A stretch of DNA of 64,000 nt from the NCBI GenBank assembly GCA_963843555.1, contig CAWJKV010000004.1:32001-96000 (forward strand), read 5' to 3'. The notes beneath the pieces are model-generated. The model had not been told where the DNA came from, did no database searches, and saw only the letters and a program-made list of their open reading frames with translations. The DNA comes from an uncultured Methanosarcinales archaeon. Lineage in GTDB: Archaea > Halobacteriota > Methanosarcinia > Methanotrichales > Methanotrichaceae. Shown here in pieces: positions 10,164-20,158 of the stretch (positions within the stretch are counted from its first letter, which is position 1; the number at the start of each line of letters is the position of its first letter). The position numbers and the translations under genes were made by a program.

Positions 10164-10886
10164 TCATCCTCTGGTTATCCTCTCCGCCCCCAGATGAGCG
10201 CGTCGCAGCTTTGGTACGTCTCCCCACAGCGCCATCTCCTCACCCCTAATCACTAATGCCCCTTCTATTCCCGGCCGGTCGATGGCCTGGAAGCACTCCT
10301 GCAGCGGCTCATTCGCTTGCACAGCATTCCCAAGGGCTGTGGCCGCGGCATCCGCCAGAGCCGCGTCCTTTGAGATGACCGTGGCCGCATCTGCAGAGCC
10401 AAAAGAGATGGATGGGCCCACCGTTCCGGAACTGGTGCAGATGCCCAGCGGGGCACGACGCGCCGGAAGCTCAAAAGCCAGATCCCGGATGGGTGAGCTG
10501 CCCGCATATATGCCTACTATTATCGGCTGGTCGTTTAAGATGCAGATGTCTCCACCGTTATCGACTATGGCATAAGTCGCCTTGGAATCCATCATCGAAC
10601 GCACGGCAAACTGGGCAATGACTCCCGCCACGGCTGCCATCGGGCCAATGCCAAAGACTATGCTTGATTCTATCATCTGTTTCACAATCTCCGGGGCATC
10701 GTCTGCCTGAAGATCGTAAGGCTCCAGTGTGAGCATGAAGAAGGGGTCTCTCCTTATGAAATCCTCCAGATAGGAGCGCTGCACTCTTATTGATTCTTTG
10801 GCGGCATCGATATGGCTCTGCTGGCGGGCTGAGATGGTGACTATGGTCTCCAAAAGCTGGAAGTGCTCTCGCAAAAGTTCATCCAT
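10164..10886 (-). CDS. UPF0280 / ApbE-like protein
   Basis: GPMAAVAG, VDNGGDI, GICTSSGTVGPSISFG and ADAAATALGN. Confidence 0.88.
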   Translation of the reverse strand: MDELLREHFQLLETIVTISARQQSHIDAAKESIRVQRSYLEDFIRRDPFFMLTLEPYDLQADDAPEIVKQMIESSIVFGIGPMAAVAGVIAQFAVRSMMDSKATYAIVDNGGDICILNDQPIIVGIYAGSSPIRDLAFELPARRAPLGICTSSGTVGPSISFGSADAATVISKDAALADAAATALGNAVQANEPLQECFQAIDRPGIEGALVIRGEEMALWGDVPKLRRAHLGAERITRG

Positions 10887-10948
10887 GGCTTTGCGAGTGA
10901 CTCCATCTGCATCCTGGGCTCATTACCCGCAACCACTTTTCTACTGGC

Positions 10949-11860
10949 TCATAAGCTAACTGTATCCATCTGCCCCTTTCCGTAGAGATCCTCAGCCACC
11001 TGATTGAGTCTGTCTCCCTTCACCTCTGCTCCGTAGTCGGGAAGGACAATGATGGACTTTTCCTGGTATCGATTCTGAAGATCCTGGATGTAGGAGGTCT
11101 GAGATGCCATCTTCCGCTGGCAGAACTGGCAGTCGCATTCCGAGATCACATGGTTGATGACAATGGTTGACACATGGACCCCGTGCGACTCCACGGTCTC
11201 AATCAGGCGCCGGCTCTCCTCCACTGCAGCCTTCTCGGGTATGGTCACCACAGTGATGCTGGCCGTCTTTGGATCAAGGAGGGCGTTACGCATGGTCTCC
11301 GCCTTTGCCCGCATGGTTCTGACCTCTTTGAGAATGGAATCGCCAAAACCAGACTCCAGGAGGTTCAAAACCCCAATCCATTTATTTCTCATTCCCAGGA
11401 CTCTTGTCACAAAACTGGTGGTTATGGAGGGCAGCTGCAGCAAAGGCAATACCATTGCAGTTGGAGCGGAGTCGATGACCACATAGTCATACTTCTTCTC
11501 AACATAGATGTCGTTGAGCTTGTCCATGAAGATGAGCTCTGAGACGCCGGGCATATTGGCGAAGTCCTCCGGCTTGACCTCTACCTCGAAGAGCCCGAAG
11601 AGGGCGGTGAAGATGCTCTTATACCTGCGATAGAAGCCCTGTGCCTCCTCAGCCAGGTCCGGCTCGTAGGCATAGAGATGATCGCGGATCTTCATGGGCT
11701 TGCTTCCCAGGTCGATGTCAAAGATATCTGAGAGCGAATGAGCCGGATCCATGGAGAAGGCAATAGTATCCAGGCCCCGGTCTGAGGTCCAGATGCCAGT
11801 TGCTGCAGCGCAGACGCTTTTTCCCACGCCACCCTTGCCTGCCACATAAATAAGTTTCAT
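10949..11860 (-). CDS. ArsA/GET3 family ATPase
   Basis: Deviant Walker A GKGGVGKS, SMDPAHSLSD, DSAPT and CDCQFC. Confidence 0.85.
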   Translation of the reverse strand: MKLIYVAGKGGVGKSVCAAATGIWTSDRGLDTIAFSMDPAHSLSDIFDIDLGSKPMKIRDHLYAYEPDLAEEAQGFYRRYKSIFTALFGLFEVEVKPEDFANMPGVSELIFMDKLNDIYVEKKYDYVVIDSAPTAMVLPLLQLPSITTSFVTRVLGMRNKWIGVLNLLESGFGDSILKEVRTMRAKAETMRNALLDPKTASITVVTIPEKAAVEESRRLIETVESHGVHVSTIVINHVISECDCQFCQRKMASQTSYIQDLQNRYQEKSIIVLPDYGAEVKGDRLNQVAEDLYGKGQMDTVSL

Positions 11861-11988
11861 GACTCTTATGAATCGTGCCGGAGATTTAATTGTTTGGGCG
11901 AAATGTTTGCGCGGCCGAATCGGCAACAAAAGGTTTTTCTACTTCCACGACATTTTAATAGATCTAATTATAAAAAGGGGGCGAAAGG

Positions 11989-12408
11989 TTGAGGAAGCAA
12001 ATTGTTCTGATCTCCGTTTTAATCCTATGGGCATCTGCCACAGCATCTGCCGCATATGGTGCGAACAACGGGGGGTCGGCAAACTTGGATATCATGGGAA
12101 GCCTGGCGAACAATACCACATTCATATCGCCGGAGGGGATGCCGGTAGTGGTGGATATTGTGGGGAGCACTACGACCAATGTCCTGATTAGCAACTCAGG
12201 GAATGAAGTCAAGAGAGTCCGACATAACGACGGCTCGATTTGCGGTCCATGCGGTGAGAAGATGGTTTATGTAACACCATGGGACGACTTCAAGAGGCCC
12301 TTATGCTACCCCTGGAGCTCATACATTCCCACCAGGTATAACCAGCCGTTCATAAACATGAATCAGAGGTCCTCTGGCAATGCACCGGTTTCTTTAGGTC
12401 AGGCCTAA
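11989..12408 (+). CDS. Secreted hypothetical protein (paralog of the downstream gene)
   Basis: Signal peptide; two DI(M/V)GSxxxN(T/V) motifs. Confidence 0.7.
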   Translation: MRKQIVLISVLILWASATASAAYGANNGGSANLDIMGSLANNTTFISPEGMPVVVDIVGSTTTNVLISNSGNEVKRVRHNDGSICGPCGEKMVYVTPWDDFKRPLCYPWSSYIPTRYNQPFINMNQRSSGNAPVSLGQA

Positions 12409-12659
12409 AGCGAATGGTTAGCGGGAACTTTTTGACAAAGAGATAGAAATAATCAAAATAATGTGATAGTCGTCTGTCTTTTCTTATTTTTTCCAGTTTT
12501 TTAATTCAAAGTTTAATATTTATTTTAACTAATACTGTATTAGCTGGTTTCGAACCATCAATCCTCAAGAGATCTTTGCAATTGGGCCGAAAGACTTTTC
12601 TACTTTTAGTATATATAAATCATTGGTTAAATATTGGATTTGAAGAAGGGGGAACGAAG

Positions 12660-13058
12660 TTGAAGTTGTCTATCGTATTGGCTCTAGCACTGATGCTATT
12701 GGCATCTGGTGCCCTTGCTTTTGGCGGCCCTGGATCGGTGGTTGTGGATATTGTGGGAAGTAACACAGAAAATACAAAGATCGTGGCATCCGGACCGGAA
12801 AAAGTGGAACTGGAAATCATCGGAAGCACGGCCATCAATACAACGATCACTCCGCATGCAGAGAAAGTAAAAATCTGCCCGGATTATTGGTACTGCCCAT
12901 ATTGCCAGCCATGCTATCCCAATCCCTGTCCTAATGTAACATGCGACTACCAGCAGAAACCCTATCCCTCGAAAACCAGGCATTTCGGAGTCGACGCCTG
13001 GTATGGAGCGTTCTGGTATGCCGACCAGCCAAATATGCCCAAATGGCCCCAGACTTAG
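12660..13058 (+). CDS. Secreted hypothetical protein with Cys/Pro/Tyr-rich tail
   Basis: Probable TTG start after a purine-rich RBS; signal peptide; VVVDIVGSNTENT and LEIIGSTAINT; CPDYWYCPYCQPCYPNPCP. Confidence 0.7.
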   Translation: MKLSIVLALALMLLASGALAFGGPGSVVVDIVGSNTENTKIVASGPEKVELEIIGSTAINTTITPHAEKVKICPDYWYCPYCQPCYPNPCPNVTCDYQQKPYPSKTRHFGVDAWYGAFWYADQPNMPKWPQT

Positions 13059-13252
13059 GGCTCGGAAAACTGGAAACCGGTGTAGCTAACTTGTTCTCCA
13101 GATGATCTGTTGGGGCGGAATGGCCCACGAAGTGGGCATGGGTTCGGTTAGCGTAAGCTTTGAGAGCTGTTTCAATTGCTCGTCAATCATTGATATTCGA
13201 TCTATTCAATCCTACATGTTAAATATCAGAAGCCAGAACCCATGATAAATCT

Positions 13253-15169
13253 ATGAGAGATTCCAGCAGAACCTTTTCTCCGGGAAAGAGCGAGCTATTC
13301 TGGTGTGAGAAATGCAATCTTCCACTTCTGTCGGTTAGATGCTCTATATGCAAATCCCATGGCTCCCGAGTTTTGCTCTCACCCCCAGGCGATGTTCGCC
13401 TCTGCTCCCGGGCAGCGAGAGAGCTTCTTCGGGAACTCTTCAACCAGAACTACGAATATGCAAATTTCCTGGATGGCAGGATAATCCTGCTCAATAAGAT
13501 CGCAGGCATCGACCGCCGGGATCAGGTGATCCTGGATGGCTGTCATATCGCGACATTATGGTTTGATGTCACCACTGCCAGCCATAAGCTGGATCTGGAG
13601 ACTGCGGGGGCCTCCCTATTATCCAGGAATGCAAAGAAGAACATGGTCCATTGTCACGATTCCATTTTAAGAGGCCACATAAAGGGCAAGTGGCTGGCCC
13701 AGGACATGATCATAAGTCAGCCTGAGGGCCTGAATGAAGGCGACAACGTCATCCTGAAGATAGGAAAATTTGCGGGTGTGGGAGTCGTCCGCAAACGCAA
13801 AGACGGCTCGAAATCAATACGCATTAAGGATGTTACGCAGAGGGATTTCGTCCTCAAGGACAGCCTGACTACTCTTGAGGATGCAATTCTTGCCAATGAG
13901 GAGTACTTGAAAAATTTGGAGAAGGCGGCAATAGGTGAGATCAAGGATTATCTCTCCAGAACCAGGCTTCCTATAAACGTCTCCTTCAGCGGCGGAAAGG
14001 ACAGCCTGGCCTCGCTCATTCTTTCCCGAAAGGTGCTGACAAAAATTGAGGTTCTCTTCATCAATACAGGTCTGGAATTTCCCGAGACAGTAGAATATGT
14101 GCATGAGTTCTGCCGCACCCATAAGCTCCGGCTGCAAGAGATAAAGGCCGAGAGCAGTTTTTTTGAGCAGTTGCATAATTTCGGCCCTCCTGCCAAAGAT
14201 TTTCGCTGGTGCTGCAAGACCAATAAGCTCGGGCCTATGACATCCTTTCTTAAGCAGCACTATCCCAAGGGCTGTGTGACCATTGAAGGGCGCCGCATCT
14301 ACGAGTCCTTCAACCGCTCCACCATTAGAGCCGTGGAGAGGAATCCCTATGTGCCGAGCCAGACCACGCTCTCACCCATTCGCAACTGGAGGGCCCTGGA
14401 GGTCATGCTTTACATTTATTGGAATAAGCTGGAGCCAAATCCGCTTTACGAGGAGGACTTCGAACGCATAGGCTGCTGGCTCTGCCCTGCCTCTTTGCAA
14501 TCTGAATTTGCTCACCTGAAAAAGTCTCATCCAGAACATCATGGCCAGTGGACTGGCCATCTGCAAACCTGGGCGAATGCTAACAATCTGGAAAAGAGAT
14601 ACATCGATTGGGGCTTCTGGCGCTGGAAGAGGCATCCTCCCAAGATGATCGAGATGGCTCTTGACCACAAAATCGACCTGCAAGCCCGAGGTCGGGAGAA
14701 GAAGGAGATTGAGCTGCAGGCAGTGAGAGGAAGGTCGCCGTGCGGCCTTGAATACTCCATTGAAGCGACACTCACAACACCCCAGAATCATCCTTTCTCG
14801 GCAGTGGCCGGAGCCTTGAAAATGCTCGGCGATGTGAAATATGATGAAGATCTCGGCGCGGCAGTTGTAAAGACGGATTATGGAAGGGCCACGGCCTTTG
14901 CCAACGGCCATATTCTGATCATTGCAGGCAAATTGGAGGCAGAGGATCTGCTGCGAAGGGTCTCCGAGACCATCCTGCGCGTGCAGATGTGCACGAGATG
15001 CGGTATCTGTATGAAGAACTGCAATCAAGGAGCGATTACCGTGAAAGATACCATCACAATAGACGAGAAGAGGTGCAATCACTGCGGAAAATGTGCCAGC
15101 GGTTGCATCGCAGCCGACCAGGCCGCGAAGATCTTTCGCAGGCTCGCCAAACAGAACGTGGCACCTTAG
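13253..15169 (+). CDS. PAPS-reductase family protein with N-terminal Zn ribbon, PUA-like region and C-terminal 4Fe-4S ferredoxin domain
   Basis: WCEKC...CSIC, SFSGGKDS, RWCCKTNKLGP, RIGCWLCP, CTRCGICMKNC and CNHCGKCASGC. Confidence 0.85.
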   Translation: MRDSSRTFSPGKSELFWCEKCNLPLLSVRCSICKSHGSRVLLSPPGDVRLCSRAARELLRELFNQNYEYANFLDGRIILLNKIAGIDRRDQVILDGCHIATLWFDVTTASHKLDLETAGASLLSRNAKKNMVHCHDSILRGHIKGKWLAQDMIISQPEGLNEGDNVILKIGKFAGVGVVRKRKDGSKSIRIKDVTQRDFVLKDSLTTLEDAILANEEYLKNLEKAAIGEIKDYLSRTRLPINVSFSGGKDSLASLILSRKVLTKIEVLFINTGLEFPETVEYVHEFCRTHKLRLQEIKAESSFFEQLHNFGPPAKDFRWCCKTNKLGPMTSFLKQHYPKGCVTIEGRRIYESFNRSTIRAVERNPYVPSQTTLSPIRNWRALEVMLYIYWNKLEPNPLYEEDFERIGCWLCPASLQSEFAHLKKSHPEHHGQWTGHLQTWANANNLEKRYIDWGFWRWKRHPPKMIEMALDHKIDLQARGREKKEIELQAVRGRSPCGLEYSIEATLTTPQNHPFSAVAGALKMLGDVKYDEDLGAAVVKTDYGRATAFANGHILIIAGKLEAEDLLRRVSETILRVQMCTRCGICMKNCNQGAITVKDTITIDEKRCNHCGKCASGCIAADQAAKIFRRLAKQNVAP

Positions 15170-15290
15170 CTCACCCAATAACAGACTTCGCGAAGAAACA
15201 GTCTGGCAGGCCGTCTGAATGAGTCCTCCTTCCCCGAACCACAGTTCACCAGAGACTTTTTGATCTCTGCCTTCCTGAGTGTCTCGCGAC

Positions 15291-17429
15291 ATGTTTGATC
15301 ATAACAAAAAAATAGCTATGGAGCTGTCCATTGGTGAAAGAGAGATTGCTGCGGTCGCAGAGCTCTTGGACGGCGGAGCAACATTACCATTCATTGCACG
15401 ATACCGGAAAGAGGCCACAGGAGGTCTGGATGAGGTCGCTATTGCCGATATCCGTGACCGTCTGATTCAGCTGCGACAGCTCGATGAACGGCGAAGTGCT
15501 ATCATTCGCTCCCTGGAAAAGCGGGACCTTCTCACATCAGATCTGCAAGTTAAGTTGCAGGCGGCAGAGACCCTCGTCCAGCTGGAGGACATTTATCTAC
15601 CTTTCCGGCCCAAGAGGCGAACCCGGGCTACGATCGCGAAAGAGCGGGGCCTGGAGCCTCTGGCCCGGGTGATCTTCGCGCAGGAGACCAGGGTAGTCCT
15701 TGATCCCGAAAAGGAGGCTGCTGCTTTTGTTGATGCTGAAAAGGGAGTCGCATCAACAGAGGAGGCATTGAACGGGGCAAAGGATATCATAGCCGAATGG
15801 ATCAGTGAAGACGGCGAGGCGCGTATCAGGATGAGAGCACTCTTCCAGTCGGAAGGGGTCTTACGAACCCAGGCCACTGCCGACAGCGTCGTGGACACGG
15901 ATGCCGGAAAATTCAGGGACTATCTCGACTTGTCTGAGCCCATAGGTCGTGTCAGTTCACACAGGCTTCTGGCCATGCTGCGCGCCGCCAAGAATGGCGT
16001 GCTCGGTCTTCACGTGGCACCGGCCGAAGACGAGTCTCTGGCGGTTTTGGAGGAGCTCTTCATAAAAGGAGACGGTCCGGCCTCGCGATTGGTCTGGGAG
16101 GCCGCAGAGGACGGCTTTCGCCGGCTTTTGGCCCCATCCATCGAGAATGAGACTCTCGCCGCGGCGCGCATGAGGGCAGAGGAAACGGCAATAGAGGTCT
16201 TTGCAGACAACCTGCGCCAGCTTCTCCTGGACCCGCCATTAGGGCAAAAGTGCATCCTGGCCCTGGATCCAGGCTTTCGCACCGGCTGCAAGCTGGTTGT
16301 GCTGGACAGCCTGGGCAGAATGGTTATGAATGATGTGATCTACCCGCACGAACCCCACAAGAAGACCCGAGAAGCGGCAACAACGGTTAAGGAGGTCGTT
16401 GAACACTTCGGCATAGAGGTGATAGCTGTCGGCAACGGCACTGCGGGCAGGGAGACGGAGGCCTTCTTAAAGAATCTGGGGTTGCCCATGATTCCGATAA
16501 TCATGGTCAATGAGTCTGGGGCATCGGTCTACTCCACGTCGGAGGTGGCGCGCCAGGAGTTTCCAGATCAGGATGCAACAGTGCGCGGCGCGGTCTCCAT
16601 CGGCCGGCGGCTCATGGACCCATTAGCGGAACTGGTAAAGATCGAACCGCAGGCCATCGGCATCGGCCAGTACCAGCATGATGTGGACCGGTCCGCGCTG
16701 CAGCGGGCTCTGGACGATGTGGTCTCAAGTTGCGTAAATCTGGTGGGCGTGGACGTGAATGCCGCCAGCAAGGAGCTTCTGGCCTACGTTTCGGGCCTGG
16801 GGCCCAGGCTTGCCGAGGCTGTGGTGAAATACAGGAACGAGCACGGCCTATTTCGCTCGCGCCAGGATCTGTTAAATGTACCGCGTCTGGGGCCAAAGGC
16901 CTTTGAGCAGGCGGCCGGATTCTTGCGCATTCGCGAAGGCGACAATCCCCTGGACGGCACGGCTGTTCATCCCGAGAGCTATGCAATCGTGGAGAAGATG
17001 GCAAAGGACCTGGGAGTCACCATCCGGGAGCTGATGCAAAATGAGGGCCTCCTCAAGAAGCTGGACCCGGCAAATTACATAAGCAGTAAGACGGGTGCAT
17101 CCACTCTGGCTGACATTCTGGAAGAGCTCTCCCGGCCGGGCCGCGATCCGAGAAAGGAGTATGAGGCTTTCAGCTTCGCTGCGGGCGTTGAGAAGATCGA
17201 GCACCTCCAGGTGGGGATGAAGCTGCCGGGGATTGTGACCAATGTAACCGCTTTTGGAGCCTTCGTGGATGTGGGAGTGCATCAGGATGGGCTGGTGCAT
17301 ATCAGCCAGCTTAGAGATGGATATGTGAAGAACCCCTCTGATGTGGTGAAGGCCAGAGAGAAGGTTATTGTCAAGGTGCTGGACGTGGATCTGGAGAGGA
17401 AGAGGATATCGCTTTCGATGAAAGAATAG
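15291..17429 (+). CDS. tex: Tex family RNA-binding transcription accessory protein
   Basis: TLPFIARYRKEATG, DPGFRTGCK, NESGASVYS, HhH motifs and C-terminal S1 domain. Confidence 0.93.
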   Translation: MFDHNKKIAMELSIGEREIAAVAELLDGGATLPFIARYRKEATGGLDEVAIADIRDRLIQLRQLDERRSAIIRSLEKRDLLTSDLQVKLQAAETLVQLEDIYLPFRPKRRTRATIAKERGLEPLARVIFAQETRVVLDPEKEAAAFVDAEKGVASTEEALNGAKDIIAEWISEDGEARIRMRALFQSEGVLRTQATADSVVDTDAGKFRDYLDLSEPIGRVSSHRLLAMLRAAKNGVLGLHVAPAEDESLAVLEELFIKGDGPASRLVWEAAEDGFRRLLAPSIENETLAAARMRAEETAIEVFADNLRQLLLDPPLGQKCILALDPGFRTGCKLVVLDSLGRMVMNDVIYPHEPHKKTREAATTVKEVVEHFGIEVIAVGNGTAGRETEAFLKNLGLPMIPIIMVNESGASVYSTSEVARQEFPDQDATVRGAVSIGRRLMDPLAELVKIEPQAIGIGQYQHDVDRSALQRALDDVVSSCVNLVGVDVNAASKELLAYVSGLGPRLAEAVVKYRNEHGLFRSRQDLLNVPRLGPKAFEQAAGFLRIREGDNPLDGTAVHPESYAIVEKMAKDLGVTIRELMQNEGLLKKLDPANYISSKTGASTLADILEELSRPGRDPRKEYEAFSFAAGVEKIEHLQVGMKLPGIVTNVTAFGAFVDVGVHQDGLVHISQLRDGYVKNPSDVVKAREKVIVKVLDVDLERKRISLSMKE

Positions 17430-17440
17430 GGGAGATTATC

Positions 17441-18289
17441 TTGACACTCACTACAAGGCTATTTGGAAAGACGGGGCCTCGCGTCACCCAGGTCGGACTG
17501 GGGGGAGAAGGAGTGCTGCGGACCTACGGCCGCGAGCAAGAGGCGAAGGCTGTAATCGAGGAAGCCGCAGTTCAGGGCATCACCTACTTCGACTCGGCAG
17601 TGGCCTACGCTGGTAGTCAGGGCTATTATGGTGAGTTTTGGTCCCAGCATAGCGAACTACGTTCTCACATCTTCCAGACCAGCAAGTCAGCAGCCAGAGA
17701 AAAAAAGGGAGCAGAAGCGGATCTGGAAAGGACTCTGCAGACCATGGGACTGGAGCGACTCGATCTGTGGCAGATCCACGATATTCGAACCCGTAAGGAT
17801 ATCGAGGAGGTCGAGGCCCCGGGCGGAGCCCTGGAGGCTTTTGTCGAGGCCAAAGATGCCGGGCGAGCTCGATTTATAGGCGTCACCGGCCACTATGCAC
17901 CAAAAATTCTGGAATATGCCGCGAAGAACTGGCCGGTGGATAGCGTTCTCATGCCTGTCAACCCGGCTGAGGCGGTGCTGGGAGGATTCCTGGATGAGGT
18001 AATGACGGCAGCCCGAGACAGGGGTCTGGCAGTGATTGGAATGAAGACGCTCGGCGCTTCTCAATACATCTCAGCAGAGAATGGAGTGACGGCGGAGCTG
18101 CTCCTCAGATTCGCCCTTTCCCGAGATATCAGCACGGCAATCGTGGGCTGCTCTCGGCCAGGAGAGGTGCAAGCTCTAGCAGGAGCAGGCCGGGAGTTTG
18201 AGCCTTTGACGTCGGAGGAGGAAAAGAGTCTTGTGCAGCTATTCCGGCCCCAAGCCAGGAGGCTGGCTTCCTACCGGGGTGTGATTTGA
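17441..18289 (+). CDS. Aldo/keto reductase
   Basis: GITYFDSAVAY, LDLWQIH, FIGVTGH and IGMK. Confidence 0.88.
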   Translation: MTLTTRLFGKTGPRVTQVGLGGEGVLRTYGREQEAKAVIEEAAVQGITYFDSAVAYAGSQGYYGEFWSQHSELRSHIFQTSKSAAREKKGAEADLERTLQTMGLERLDLWQIHDIRTRKDIEEVEAPGGALEAFVEAKDAGRARFIGVTGHYAPKILEYAAKNWPVDSVLMPVNPAEAVLGGFLDEVMTAARDRGLAVIGMKTLGASQYISAENGVTAELLLRFALSRDISTAIVGCSRPGEVQALAGAGREFEPLTSEEEKSLVQLFRPQARRLASYRGVI

Positions 18290-18657
18290 GGACGGACATG
18301 GGATGTTGGGATGTGGCCAGAGTTTTTTTGGGCTTCACCATATGCCGTCCGGATGAATGAGTGTTCTATTATCTCGCTGTCCTTCTCGACTCCGCGATAT
18401 ATTGAATATGCCAGCGATTGCCAAAAGATGGATAACATCTTATTCTTTTGTTAAAGTCAAATGAAAGCAGATTTTAGATAACGGAACCATTAAATGCAAT
18501 TAAATGGGTTTCTAAACGGTTCGTTGACCTTAATTTGGCTTGCAGGAAGTCAATCAGATAGTCGTTCGGCCCTATACTTTTATATCGTTCAAAGGAAGAT
18601 GTAATAAGCAGGACAATTCTCAATCTTGAGAATCGAATCCTGAGTGGAGGTAATTAA

Positions 18658-19287
18658 ATGAATTACGTTAAATTCTTAGTGGCATTGGCGGCTTTGTGCG
18701 TTCTTGCTATCCCGGCCTTTTCGATGCCTGATAATGGAATAGGACAAGATGCCAAACAAATGTGGCATGGACAGGACGGCAAGCAGATGTCTCAGGGACA
18801 AGATATGCAAAAGACATGCGGCTCTGAGAAACCCATGATGGGTCAGGATGGCATGCAAAAGACATGCGGCTCTGATAAGCCCATGATGGGTCAGGACGGC
18901 ATGCAAAAGACATGCTGCTCTGATAAGTCCATGATGGGTCAGGACGGCATGCAAAAGACATGCTGCTCTGATAAGTCCATGATGGGTCAAGACGGCAAGC
19001 AGAAGACATGCTGCTCTGATAAGTCCATGATGGGTCAAGACGGCAAGCAGAAGACATGCGGCTGCGAGAAGTCCATGATGGGTCAGGACGGAAAGCAGAA
19101 AGAATGCGGCTGCGAGAAGTCCATGATGGGTCAGGATGGAAAGCAGAAGGAATGCGGCTCTGAGAAGTCCATGATGGGACGAGACGGCATGAAGATGGAC
19201 CACAAGAATGTCAAGTCTATGATGGGCGACAGGGAAAAGGACAGCAATAATTGCGTCAAATTAGTTGTTGTCAATATAAAAGCTTAG
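18658..19287 (+). CDS. Secreted Cys/Met-rich tandem repeat protein
   Basis: GGAGGT RBS, signal peptide, 8 copies of (M/K)QK(T/E)C(G/C)(S/C)(E/D)K(P/S)MMG(Q/R)DG. Confidence 0.85.
   Translation: MNYVKFLVALAALCVLAIPAFSMPDNGIGQDAKQMWHGQDGKQMSQGQDMQKTCGSEKPMMGQDGMQKTCGSDKPMMGQDGMQKTCCSDKSMMGQDGMQKTCCSDKSMMGQDGKQKTCCSDKSMMGQDGKQKTCGCEKSMMGQDGKQKECGCEKSMMGQDGKQKECGSEKSMMGRDGMKMDHKNVKSMMGDREKDSNNCVKLVVVNIKA
18805..19188 (+). repeat. Coding tandem repeat, 8 x 48 bp
   Basis: Unit approximately atgcaaaagacatgctgctctgataagtccatgatgggtcaggacggc. Confidence 0.95.
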
Positions 19288-19431
19288 ATCGTGGGAACGA
19301 TCAGAGTGAATGCCGTTGATTACCTATTTTTTTTGGTGCCGCTCATAAATGCACATCAATATCTTAGTGCTAGAAATGGTTAACTGAAGTTTATTGGAAT
19401 ATAAGCATTATTAGATTAAGAGGGAACTAAT

Positions 19432-20127
19432 ATGAAAAATAGTTATTGTTTGGCAATATTAATGCTGTTAATGATTGGCAGCATGGTGTCGATCGCATCC
19501 GCCCAAGAGCAGGTTGCTCTCTTGGTCCATGTATACGAAGGGGATTTCAATGGGACGCCGCTTTCGGATGTCTCATTAGTCGGACAGGATGCGGCGGGCA
19601 ACATCTTTCAAGCGGTTACAGACTTAAATGGATCTGCGATCGTTGCAGGACAACCGGGAACCTGGCAGTTTACATTTGGAAAAGAAGGCTATGACATTCT
19701 TGATTTAAATTATGATGTCACGGAAACAGGTGTTGGTGCTGTATATCTCCAAAAAGCTACTCCTTCACTGGATATGGTCGCTCTGACTGTTTATATTCAT
19801 AATGGAGACCTTAACGGGACGCTGCTTTCGGACGTCCAGGTCACAGGACAGGACGCCGCAGGTAACAGTTTTCGAGGATTTACGGACTCGAATGGAGCAG
19901 TAGTAGTTGAAGGACAGCCGGGGACCTGGCAGTTCAATTTCACAAAAGAAGGTTATGACCCCCTTTCCTTGAGTTACGATGTCACTCAAACAGACGTTGC
20001 TGCCGCTTATCTTGAGGAAACTGATATGCCTCAATATGAGGACGTATACTCCCAACCGGATCAACAGCTTGATTCCGCTTCATCCTGGCCTCAATCCGGC
20101 GAAGCTGAAAGAGCCAATCAGAATTGA
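19432..20127 (+). CDS. Secreted protein with two tandem carboxypeptidase-regulatory-like (beta-sandwich) domains
   Basis: Signal peptide; internal duplication of GD(F/L)NGTxLSDV...GQDAAGN...TDxNG...GQPGTWQFxFxKEGYD. Confidence 0.75.
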   Translation: MKNSYCLAILMLLMIGSMVSIASAQEQVALLVHVYEGDFNGTPLSDVSLVGQDAAGNIFQAVTDLNGSAIVAGQPGTWQFTFGKEGYDILDLNYDVTETGVGAVYLQKATPSLDMVALTVYIHNGDLNGTLLSDVQVTGQDAAGNSFRGFTDSNGAVVVEGQPGTWQFNFTKEGYDPLSLSYDVTQTDVAAAYLEETDMPQYEDVYSQPDQQLDSASSWPQSGEAERANQN

Positions 20128-20158
20128 TGTTTGGTTAAGGTTCTGGAAGCATATTTGC

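Noticed and set aside
13060..13160. Hairpin gcccac-gaa-gtgggc and ggttcg as a possible tRNA
   Set aside because: No cloverleaf or T-loop consensus; at most a terminator-like stem.
18805..19188. 48-bp (and 30-bp at 22791-22910) tandem repeats as CRISPR arrays
   Set aside because: Units are head-to-tail without unique spacers, lengths are multiples of three, and they lie in coding frames.
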